Assembly (NCBI GenBank): GCA_964448115.1
Contig: CAYUVA010000045.1
Span: 1 to 36,251 of the forward strand
Direction of reading: 5' to 3'
DNA: 36,251 bases
Origin: an uncultured bacterium
GTDB taxonomy: Bacteria; CAYUVA01
Shown in pieces: positions 28,502 to 36,251 of this stretch. The notes beneath the pieces were generated by a model. The model ran no database searches, was not told the origin of the DNA, and saw nothing but the letters and a program-made list of their open reading frames with translations. A program made the position numbers and the translations under genes. How positions within the stretch are numbered: position 1 is the stretch's first letter; each line of letters opens with the position of its first letter.

Positions 28502-29914
28502 ATGAGTAAATCTGCCAACTCACGGGAATTGATGATGAGCAAGCCTGTCGTATGCAAGATTGCTTTTATAATTCTAATATTTATATTTACCATCCTTACT
28601 CCCTTCACTAGCGTGCTCCCGCCACCATCTCAAAAGGGGGATAAGAAGATAATCTTCCTGGGAGTTGACTCGGCGACCTGGTCAGTGGCGCTTCCCATGA
28701 TCAAGATGGGAAAGCTGCCTACTTTACAAGCTCTCATGGCGCAAGGGGTAAGCTCTAAGTTGGAAACCTTCAAGCCGACCACCTCCCTTCTCGTCTGGAC
28801 GAGCATCTTAACTGGCAAGAGCTATCATAAGCACGGCATGGTCGATTGGCTCACCGAGGATCGAACGGATCTCGCCATATCAAGCAATCTCAGGAAGTGC
28901 GAGATCCTTTGGACCATCCTCACCTCTAAGGGGATTCGCTCCAACTTCGTCGGCTTTTGGGGGAGCTGGCCAGCCGAGGATATCCTGGGCAACAATGTCG
29001 CCTTCAACTTCTACTTTCCACAGCTTAAGGGGAGATCTCAGCCACCAACGCTCACCGAGTGGATTGATCCCATGATCGAATTCCCCTTGTTCAGCGGTTT
29101 CGTCTTTCCGGATCTGCTAACAAGATTCATGCGAGAGGGATCGGTGGACTTCAATTATCGCGCTTTATCCAGGCTGTACCAGGACAACCTGGTGATGCTG
29201 ACCAACTGGAGCGAGGCGGATCGCATATCCGCACAGGTCGGCATGAGGCTTTTGCTGGACGATCCCGGGCAACTTAATGCTGTCTTTTTACGCGGGCTGG
29301 ACCTGATACAACATATATTCTGGCAGACGCTGGAGCCAAAAGGATTCGCCGTTGAAGATGAGGATCTGCATCGCTTCGCTTGCGTGATACCCAAGTACTA
29401 TCGGTTTTATGCTGAGCTGATCGATAACTACATCAATGCAATGGATGCGCAGGATAGTCTTGTTATCCTATCTGATCACGGCATGGAATCGAGGGCAAAG
29501 GTTCATCCATCGAGATTCAGGGATGACCAGAGGGTAACCGGAAACATGCAGTTTGCTCGAAAGGGCGATAATAATTTAGGTCTAGTGAAGAACTTCGGCA
29601 TCCATGATGAAGCGCCACCAGGTTTGATCATCTTCGCGGGAAAGCCCTATAAACAGCATGTAATCGCAGATCCTATCAGCGCGATGGATATAACTCCAAC
29701 CTTGCTATACCAGCTCGGCTTGCCAGTGGGGGAGGATATGGATGGCAAGGCGATCCTTGACATCTTCGACCCGGACTTTACTACCAGCCACAGGCTGACT
29801 ACCATTCCCAGCTATGACCAGCCCAAACAGCGAGAGACTACCGCAAAGCCAATAAGCTCCGAGGTCGATGAGCAACTCAAAGAGGAACTCCGCTCCATAG
29901 GATACATACGCTAA
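28502..29914 (+). CDS. Alkaline phosphatase superfamily protein (type I phosphodiesterase/nucleotide pyrophosphatase-like), membrane-anchored
   Basis: N-terminal TM. LGVDSA, PTTSLLVWTSILTGK, DLIQH, LSDHG, DITPTLL...MDGK, C-terminal LRSIGYI. Confidence 0.88.
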   Translation: MSKSANSRELMMSKPVVCKIAFIILIFIFTILTPFTSVLPPPSQKGDKKIIFLGVDSATWSVALPMIKMGKLPTLQALMAQGVSSKLETFKPTTSLLVWTSILTGKSYHKHGMVDWLTEDRTDLAISSNLRKCEILWTILTSKGIRSNFVGFWGSWPAEDILGNNVAFNFYFPQLKGRSQPPTLTEWIDPMIEFPLFSGFVFPDLLTRFMREGSVDFNYRALSRLYQDNLVMLTNWSEADRISAQVGMRLLLDDPGQLNAVFLRGLDLIQHIFWQTLEPKGFAVEDEDLHRFACVIPKYYRFYAELIDNYINAMDAQDSLVILSDHGMESRAKVHPSRFRDDQRVTGNMQFARKGDNNLGLVKNFGIHDEAPPGLIIFAGKPYKQHVIADPISAMDITPTLLYQLGLPVGEDMDGKAILDIFDPDFTTSHRLTTIPSYDQPKQRETTAKPISSEVDEQLKEELRSIGYIR

Positions 29915-29949
29915 AAAAAAGAGGGAGATGCACTACTACACCTCCCCTC
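29913..29949 (-). terminator. Intrinsic terminator (minus strand, possibly bidirectional)
   Basis: Minus strand GAGGGGAGGUG...CAUCUCCCUC followed by U8, between convergent genes. The plus strand also has a T run at about 29953. Confidence 0.65.
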
Positions 29950-29988
29950 TCCTTTTTCCGTTGAATAGCAGTCTGTTACCGAAGCTGC

Positions 29989-30270
29989 CTATACAGCGCC
30001 CCAGAAGTCGATCCTGGCGCCAGGTTCGGTCTTGCCGGCGGCAGCATCAATGATGGAGCTTAGCTGCACGCAAAAACAAATATACCCGAAGATACACTCG
30101 CCTAGCGGGAAGCTACCCTGGAAGCCGGAGTTGTACCACTCGCCGACTCCCGGCATCATTGCTGAAAGCATAATAGCCGCAACAACATTAGGCTCCTGGG
30201 CGAACAGGTTGCTCGGTATCATCGAAGATACAAGCATTACAAGTGCTAGAATAATTGCTGTCCTCTTCAA
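29989..30270 (-). CDS. Small exported/membrane protein with TM2/DUF5683-like LSAxxPGxGxxY motif
   Basis: TTG start with strong RBS AAGGAGGTGA. Signal peptide (LFA-QE); AAIMLSAMMPGVGEWYN; downstream terminator. Confidence 0.7.
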   Translation of the reverse strand: MKRTAIILALVMLVSSMIPSNLFAQEPNVVAAIMLSAMMPGVGEWYNSGFQGSFPLGECIFGYICFCVQLSSIIDAAAGKTEPGARIDFWGAV

Positions 30271-30299
30271 CTAGATCACCTCCTTTTCTTCAGACATTT

Positions 30300-31097
30300 T
30301 CATTTCTCTATGATCTTTACATCGGGATGAAGCTGCAATTTGAACTTTTCCTGGTCAATTCCCTTGTTCAGTCGCACATCCTCGATGGTATAGGTTGCTT
30401 CTGCCAGCCCTTGTTTCATTGGAGATTTTACCACCGATTTGAATGGGAAGTAAAACTCATCGCCCACTTCTCTTATATCATCAGTCTTTGTATGTATGTT
30501 GAGTTTTCCGGCCGGGTCGTACATGGCGCTTTCCAGCACCACCAGCTTTGTGAAATTCAGCCCAAGCTCAATGCGACTCTTGCTTGATTTATCCTTTGCC
30601 TTGCCCTCGATATTATAGATTACTCCCCGCTCAGTGGTCTTTTTGCTCTTAATGGAGAAATCATAGATCCCAGCCAGGGAGCTATCCATGCCCAGCCTCA
30701 GTCCCGGCATGGTTACCCTTCCCAGCGCAGCCTGGAGCACCCCAGCTCGCTTCTCCAAGCTCATCTTGTCGAGGTCTCGCTTAAGGCACTTCTGAGCATC
30801 GGGTATGTATTCCCAGTAGGTATGCCCATCGCAGACGATTATCCTCTTGGGCGGAGGGCTAAGAAACTCGATACGAAACTTTCCGCTTTTGTCATAGTAT
30901 TGCAGCCACTGCTCGGTTATCTTGGTCTTTTCGAGCCTGCTTTCCTTGCGCACTTTAAGAACCAGATCCTCGATCTGTTGGTAGCTGTTATCAAAGGTGT
31001 TGAAGATCTGCCACGGAGTAGGATCTTCTTCGCTAAAGGCAGCCGAAAAGAGAAACAATACAACAACAGTAGCCTGCCAAATTGGACTCGATCTCAT
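30300..31097 (-). CDS. LolA-like outer-membrane lipoprotein carrier/sorting protein (start 31097 preferred over 31130)
   Basis: Signal peptide. GKFRIEFLSP...IVCDGHTYWEYIP; C-terminal VRLNKGIDQEKFKLQLHPDVKII. Confidence 0.8.
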   Translation of the reverse strand: MRSSPIWQATVVVLFLFSAAFSEEDPTPWQIFNTFDNSYQQIEDLVLKVRKESRLEKTKITEQWLQYYDKSGKFRIEFLSPPPKRIIVCDGHTYWEYIPDAQKCLKRDLDKMSLEKRAGVLQAALGRVTMPGLRLGMDSSLAGIYDFSIKSKKTTERGVIYNIEGKAKDKSSKSRIELGLNFTKLVVLESAMYDPAGKLNIHTKTDDIREVGDEFYFPFKSVVKSPMKQGLAEATYTIEDVRLNKGIDQEKFKLQLHPDVKIIEK

Positions 31098-31228
31098 GGA
31101 ACCTGCCTCATTTCTCATATCACCAGGCACATATTATGTCTTTTATCGCAATTAGTCAAACGGTTTGTCAATCGATATCCGATTATCTACAATAGAATTC
31201 AAGAATAGATATGCTAAAGGAGCAAAAC

Positions 31229-32185
31229 ATGTATCAACAAGGCTTATCGAAAGCGGTAATCATTGTCCTGATGTTAGCCATCCCTTTTGTCGTTCAGGCA
31301 AATGACCAAAACGACCTGTATCGGCTTAAGGGAACATCGACCCTGCAAAGAGGGGACCTGGATCCGATGACCTATAACATGAAGTCCATCGAATCTGCGC
31401 AGAAAAATGCGCTGAAAGACCTGGTTACAATGCTCATTAGTCAGGGTGTCTTCCAGGCTCACCAGCAGGAGATTACCGCTGAGATCATCGAGAATTACAC
31501 GCAGCTTGTGCCCCGATTCTACATGCCTACCATGCATAATCCCGCTGAACCGTTGACCATAACCTGCGAGGTCGTGTTGCACTACCTTATAATGAAGCTA
31601 AATGAAATAGGTATCAAAGTCGATGGCAAGCTGCTTCGAAAGACCGGCTTGCTTGTAAGAACAACCATCGAAGGAAAAAGCACATTTCAGATTCCGGATG
31701 CGAAAAAGTCGAACATTGCCAATGCAATCAAAGAAAACCTGGGATCGTTGGGACAGGAGATAATCGGCTCCGATAAGGAAAATCAGCTTAAGGAAAAAGG
31801 GCTTCGCGAAAAGCTATTCAGCGATAAAGCGACCATATCCAAAGACTCGCTAGCCTCGCTGGGTGCGCGGATCATCTTCCTGGGCGATATCATAATCAAG
31901 GTCGATAAGAAACTCGCAAAGAACATGAATGCCTATACCCTCGATTTCAAGATGATCATGCTGGATGCAAGATCCGGTAACCGGCGCTTCGAGAAGACAT
32001 ACCAGCTTCAGCGGGTCGATATCACCAAGGAAAATGCGATCAAGGAACTGACCAAGGACCTGATCGAGCAGGTCATACCCAAAGCCACTGCCTACTATGC
32101 AGCAATGACCGTTAAGCGGAATCTGCCCCCGTCTATCGAGGTTCCCCAGGAGCTGATAAATGCCATGCCCCCGGTCAAAAAATGA
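31229..32185 (+). CDS. Exported hypothetical protein (weak FlgT-N/LPP20-like N-terminal pattern)
   Basis: ATG at 31229 preceded by AAGGAG (6-nt spacing). Signal peptide ending VQA; SAQKNALKDLV pattern. Overlaps the next gene (ATGA). Confidence 0.6.
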   Translation: MYQQGLSKAVIIVLMLAIPFVVQANDQNDLYRLKGTSTLQRGDLDPMTYNMKSIESAQKNALKDLVTMLISQGVFQAHQQEITAEIIENYTQLVPRFYMPTMHNPAEPLTITCEVVLHYLIMKLNEIGIKVDGKLLRKTGLLVRTTIEGKSTFQIPDAKKSNIANAIKENLGSLGQEIIGSDKENQLKEKGLREKLFSDKATISKDSLASLGARIIFLGDIIIKVDKKLAKNMNAYTLDFKMIMLDARSGNRRFEKTYQLQRVDITKENAIKELTKDLIEQVIPKATAYYAAMTVKRNLPPSIEVPQELINAMPPVKK

Positions 32186-34506
32186 AAAGAAAGATTGCCA
32201 TTTTATCAATTTTTCTTTTTATTTTTACACTCCTTGCGAGCTGCCTTGCAAACGATGATCGCCTGGTAATACTGTACACCGCCGAGACCCATGCGAGATT
32301 AAAGCCATGTGATTGCCCAATAAGGGAATACGGCGGAATTGCGCGAAGGAAAAGCCTAATCGATAATCTGCGCCAGGAATGCAAGAACCTGATCTTACTC
32401 GATGCTGGAGCAGCCGTCGCTGGGGGGGAATTCGACGAGGATAGAATAAACGATACCCTCGATTTTAAGCGAAGTGAGATATACCTGAAAGCCATGGCGC
32501 TAATGGGATACGATGCTTTAGCCCTCGGCGATGAGGAGCTTAGCCTGGGGATCGATAAACTTGGCATCCTATCCGATATCGGAATTCCCTTGCTCGCGGC
32601 AAATGCAAGGGTCAAGACAAGAGAAGATTTCATTCATCCATACATTACCAAAAGGATTGCAGGGCAAAATATATGCATCATCGGCATCTCTCCACCAACC
32701 GCGGATATAAAGGCAAAAGGGCATCAAAAGGATATTGATATTGTTGATCCCGTTGAATCCCTGGTATCAATAGTCAAACAAAAGCCGAACCATCTTATCA
32801 TCGTGCTGAGCCACCTCGACGAGCAGGCTTCTAAAGGATTGATCGAGCAATGCCCCGAAGTAGATCTTCTCATAAATGCAAACGGTAAAATGAATCCGGC
32901 ACCATTTGAGCATTTTAACCATACCCTTATCGCAAGGGATACATACCAGGGCAGAAATATTGGAATGGTCTCGGTAAGGTTGGTGGATAATAAGCCTGTT
33001 ATCGAGGATTACAGGCTGATACCAGTGGATGCCTTACTGCCCGATGATGCAATGATGCTCAGCCTGGTAAAGCAGTATGAAGACCTGTTATCGAGTGAGG
33101 CTGGTAAGGCACTCAAGGTCGAGATATTTGTTCGTGCATTTCATCAACCGAGCCTGCAAGCCCTCAAGGAGACCATCAAGGCGACCTCGATGTTCGATGA
33201 TTCAGTAGTTACCCTTGAGCCGCGACCTTTTGGGGGCATGAATGCAGATGATAGCCTCGAATACGCTGATCAGAATGAGATCCTCAGGATCGGCATCATA
33301 GCCCAACGATATCCGGATAAGCTGGAAAGCTACATCGATTGCCTTTTGACCCAGGTTCGCGGGGAGCCTTGGCAGGACTGCGCAGTCAAAGCAGACCTGG
33401 AGCCAGGGATGCTCCTGGTCGATCTCAATCGTGCTAAGGGAGATGAACTCACCGCGCATAGCCCCAGGCGGGCAGGATTACAAGCTGCCCCGGCTCTTAT
33501 TATCGGCAATCAGCGATATAATGGCAGGCTAAGCAAGTTCGATATCCTGGCTGCTATATGCAACCGCCTTGGTGATGCTGCTGCAAGATATGCCCCCTGC
33601 CGCCAGATCCCGCAATGCTTCAGCGATCAGGACTGCATCAAGCCGGGCTTCAAGGGTAAATGCAACCTGCCGGGCACTCCACAGGCAGCCTGTCAATACA
33701 CCGAGGCGGTCAAGATCAAGCTTGATATCATCAGCGATCCCCGCGCTCGATTCTCCAACCTACAACGCATACTTTCAACCACCATGTTCTTGTTTCCAGG
33801 GGCAACCGTTAGAACCATCGATTGCAAGACAAGCCAGGGAAAAGCCTTAATTGAAAGCCTGGGAGTGGAGCTTGCACCGGTGCTGATCTTTGGCGCCGAG
33901 GTGAAGGATGCAGAATCGTTTCAGCGAATGAAGCAAGGATTCCGCTATCATAATGGCAAATATATCCTGGAGCCAAAGGCAACCTCGGCGAATATATACC
34001 TGCGACGCCCACGAATACCTGGAAAACTGGATATTTTCTTCGATCCCATCTCGCCTGGCGCGCTCGATTTTCTTAACTCATACCTGCCAGCCATACTATC
34101 AGCCTTTGACAGGGTCGATTTTCACCCCCTGGTCACGGCTAGCGATCTGCAAGGCAAAGGAAATAAAATACGCCTGGAGCAGGCGAAGATACTTGCCGCA
34201 ATTGATAATAACCACAAGGAAAGGGAGTTAGAATATCTAAGGAAACTAGCCAAACATGGAGCTACATTGTTCTGGGATGAGATAGCAACCAGCGCCGGTA
34301 TCGATACCAATACCATTTATAAAAAGATAAAATCAAAAGAAGCGATCGACCATGTACGAAGGGAGCATGCATTCATAGAGGATTTGGGAATAAATCAGGA
34401 GCTGGTCATATTGTATGAGAATCGCGAGCGGATAGGAATCAATGATCCCTTGCAGCTTGTGGCATTTATCGACTACATTTTCCAGAGGCGACCATCGGAG
34501 AAATGA
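32182..34506 (+). CDS. UshA-like metallophosphoesterase-fold domain fused to Cys-rich and thioredoxin-like domains; possible lipoprotein
   Basis: LYTAETHARLKPCDC...GGIARR, LLDAG, MGYDALALGDEE, VLSHL; CFSDQDCIKPGFKGKCNLPGTPQAACQY; possible lipobox LASC. Confidence 0.7.
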   Translation: MKRKIAILSIFLFIFTLLASCLANDDRLVILYTAETHARLKPCDCPIREYGGIARRKSLIDNLRQECKNLILLDAGAAVAGGEFDEDRINDTLDFKRSEIYLKAMALMGYDALALGDEELSLGIDKLGILSDIGIPLLAANARVKTREDFIHPYITKRIAGQNICIIGISPPTADIKAKGHQKDIDIVDPVESLVSIVKQKPNHLIIVLSHLDEQASKGLIEQCPEVDLLINANGKMNPAPFEHFNHTLIARDTYQGRNIGMVSVRLVDNKPVIEDYRLIPVDALLPDDAMMLSLVKQYEDLLSSEAGKALKVEIFVRAFHQPSLQALKETIKATSMFDDSVVTLEPRPFGGMNADDSLEYADQNEILRIGIIAQRYPDKLESYIDCLLTQVRGEPWQDCAVKADLEPGMLLVDLNRAKGDELTAHSPRRAGLQAAPALIIGNQRYNGRLSKFDILAAICNRLGDAAARYAPCRQIPQCFSDQDCIKPGFKGKCNLPGTPQAACQYTEAVKIKLDIISDPRARFSNLQRILSTTMFLFPGATVRTIDCKTSQGKALIESLGVELAPVLIFGAEVKDAESFQRMKQGFRYHNGKYILEPKATSANIYLRRPRIPGKLDIFFDPISPGALDFLNSYLPAILSAFDRVDFHPLVTASDLQGKGNKIRLEQAKILAAIDNNHKERELEYLRKLAKHGATLFWDEIATSAGIDTNTIYKKIKSKEAIDHVRREHAFIEDLGINQELVILYENRERIGINDPLQLVAFIDYIFQRRPSEK

Positions 34507-34619
34507 GATGCGCCATCTTATTCTTGACTATTTCTTTGACTAACATGACCACACCCTAATATAAGGATGCCAATGAGCAGAAGCATGATTTGAAACATGG
34601 CAAGAATGGATGCAATGAA

Positions 34620-36050
34620 ATGGGTAAGAAAATACTGATAGGCATCTGGGGACCGAGGTTTCATGGATATCTACCGCCACTTGGGTATTTGCAGCTTGCC
34701 AGTTACCTTTACCAAAAGGGTCATGCCGTCGAGATAGTCGATGTAAACCGATCCCCTAGTCCACTCGAAGAATTTACCAAGGCAATAAAATCGAGGGATT
34801 TCGATGTTTTTATCGCCGGCACTAGCTACAAATGGCACAATAACTGCCCCTCGAACACGGTGAATGGTGCCTTGCAGCTTTGCCAGGCTGTCAAGCAGCA
34901 TAAACCCACGGTATCGACCATCCTGGTCGGACCGCTAAACAGCATCATCGGCAGCCAACTGGTTACCCAGCCACAGGTCGATGTGGTCATCAACGGAGAA
35001 CCGGAGCTGATTGCCGAACGATTGCTAAGCACGGGATCTCATAAGGTCGAGGGCATAACCTACCTTGCAGATGGAAAGGCGGTTAACACTGGTCGCTCTG
35101 CATTCCCTGACCTCAGGCGCCTGCCGCCTACCAGGTATGACTTGATCGATATTGAGAAATATATCTTCGACTCCTATTTCGCGCCTAGGGTCGGTGGGAT
35201 ACTAAATTCCAGGGGCTGTCGATACAACTGCTCCTTTTGCTTCTCGGCTGTATCATCCCTGAGAAACGCAGCTCATACGGGAAGCTATTTCAGGGTTCGC
35301 CAGCCCGGGATCGTGGTCGAGGAGATGGAGATCCTGGTGAGAAAATATGGTGCCAGGGGTATCCGCTTCGAGGATAACGATCTCTGCGGGGACAGGAAAA
35401 ACCTGGTAGCTATCTGCGAGCTGATCATCAAAAAGGGATTGCACCGCATCCCTTGGCGTTGTGCTGCCCGAGCCGACTCGGTCGATGAAGAGCTTCTCGG
35501 ACTGATGGCATCCGCTGGCTGCGTCGATATCATCTATGGGGTTGAGTTCGGCGACCAGGAGATCCTTAAAAGATCATGCAAAGGGCTGGATAAAGCCAAG
35601 ATAAAGGAGATCTTCGAGCTTACCCGTCGCCTGGGGATACAGGCTGATGCTTCCTTCATTCTCGGTCTCCCCGGCGAGACGCGTAGGAGCATCGAAAACA
35701 CGATAGATTTCGCCATCGAGCTTAAATGCGGAGTTGCCACCTTTCACCCCCTCTGCCCCTTCCCCGGCGCGCCGATCAATAAAGATAGCCAGATTCCGCT
35801 TGATGGCATCGACCAGTTGAATATCTACACCGCGGACACGGCGTATTGCAGCATCAGCCCCTTTAGCACACAGGAGTTGGAGAAGCTAGCTGCTAAGGCT
35901 TCTAGGCGCTTCTACCTGAGACCGACTTACATCCTGAAGACAGCCGCCAAGCTGCGATACCCATGGTTTACCCGCTTTATCATCAATGCTGCACTCAACA
36001 GGAGCGAGGGGAGCCTGGTTCATACCCTGCTTTTGCGAAAAACAAGATAA
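34620..36050 (+). CDS. Cobalamin-binding radical SAM enzyme (ATG 34620 preferred over TTG 34590)
   Basis: PPLGYLQLAS, INGEPE, SRGCRYNCSFC, FEDNDL, YGVEFG, FILGLPGET, PFPGA. Confidence 0.92.
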   Translation: MGKKILIGIWGPRFHGYLPPLGYLQLASYLYQKGHAVEIVDVNRSPSPLEEFTKAIKSRDFDVFIAGTSYKWHNNCPSNTVNGALQLCQAVKQHKPTVSTILVGPLNSIIGSQLVTQPQVDVVINGEPELIAERLLSTGSHKVEGITYLADGKAVNTGRSAFPDLRRLPPTRYDLIDIEKYIFDSYFAPRVGGILNSRGCRYNCSFCFSAVSSLRNAAHTGSYFRVRQPGIVVEEMEILVRKYGARGIRFEDNDLCGDRKNLVAICELIIKKGLHRIPWRCAARADSVDEELLGLMASAGCVDIIYGVEFGDQEILKRSCKGLDKAKIKEIFELTRRLGIQADASFILGLPGETRRSIENTIDFAIELKCGVATFHPLCPFPGAPINKDSQIPLDGIDQLNIYTADTAYCSISPFSTQELEKLAAKASRRFYLRPTYILKTAAKLRYPWFTRFIINAALNRSEGSLVHTLLLRKTR

Positions 36051-36097
36051 AGGATACCCTCCCAAAGAATGGTATATACCTATAACCAACGCTGATG

Positions 36098-36165
36098 ATT
36101 CCCGCTTTCACCTCTCTGTCATTCCCGCACCCCCCTCTCTGTCATTCCCGCGAATGCGGGAATCC
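36098..36165. repeat. REP/dRS3-like repeat cluster: 23-bp period tandem units ending in an ATTCCC-N8-GGGAAT palindrome
   Basis: ATTCCCGC at 36098, 36121 and 36144. CCTCTCTGTCATTCCCGC exact at 36111 and 36134. Palindrome ATTCCCGCGAATGCGGGAAT at 36144-36163. Confidence 0.75.
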
Positions 36166-36251
36166 ACTAACCTTACAAAGTAATAGAGTGCCATGGTTAC
36201 TGTTTCAGCGTTGAAATAGTCAGCCTTGCATCACCATCCTCTCTTCACGGT

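Noticed and set aside
32182-32350. Selenoprotein recoding at the CxC motif
   Set aside because: The codons are TGT-GAT-TGC; there is no in-frame TGA.
36094-36165. Possible CRISPR array
   Set aside because: The period is only 23 bp with about 5-nt spacers and 2-3 units, and no cas genes are present; it fits a REP-like repeat.

Overview
Chromosomal bacterial DNA (standard code, sigma70-type promoters, LolA-like gene suggesting a diderm); the lineage cannot be assigned from the sequence alone. It contains about 24 CDSs and an initiator tRNA-Met. Housekeeping genes include mnmG, an MscS channel, a DapL-like aminotransferase and ABC subunits. Many genes are envelope or glycan related: GT2, WecG/TagA, PIG-L deacetylase, an oversized phosphohexomutase, an AlkP-family phosphodiesterase, two B12-binding radical SAM enzymes and a methyltransferase. 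A parS-like palindrome plus mnmG suggests an origin-proximal location. No CRISPR array, prophage or intact transposase was seen. Most notable: (1) two otherwise unrelated secreted Pro/Thr-linker proteins carry three copies of a shared ~100-aa C-terminal domain (GY...SxxWPYLxV/I), a candidate sorting/anchoring module, and one of the two has a ~680-aa mucin-like stalk; (2) a candidate minus-strand small RNA between them; (3) a TPR-fused ClpA/C-like ATPase with a degenerate first AAA+ ring; (4) a degenerate UshA-like/thioredoxin-fold fusion; (5) REP/dRS3-like repeats and a probable IS1380 remnant. All functional calls come from motif recognition by eye; no searches were run.
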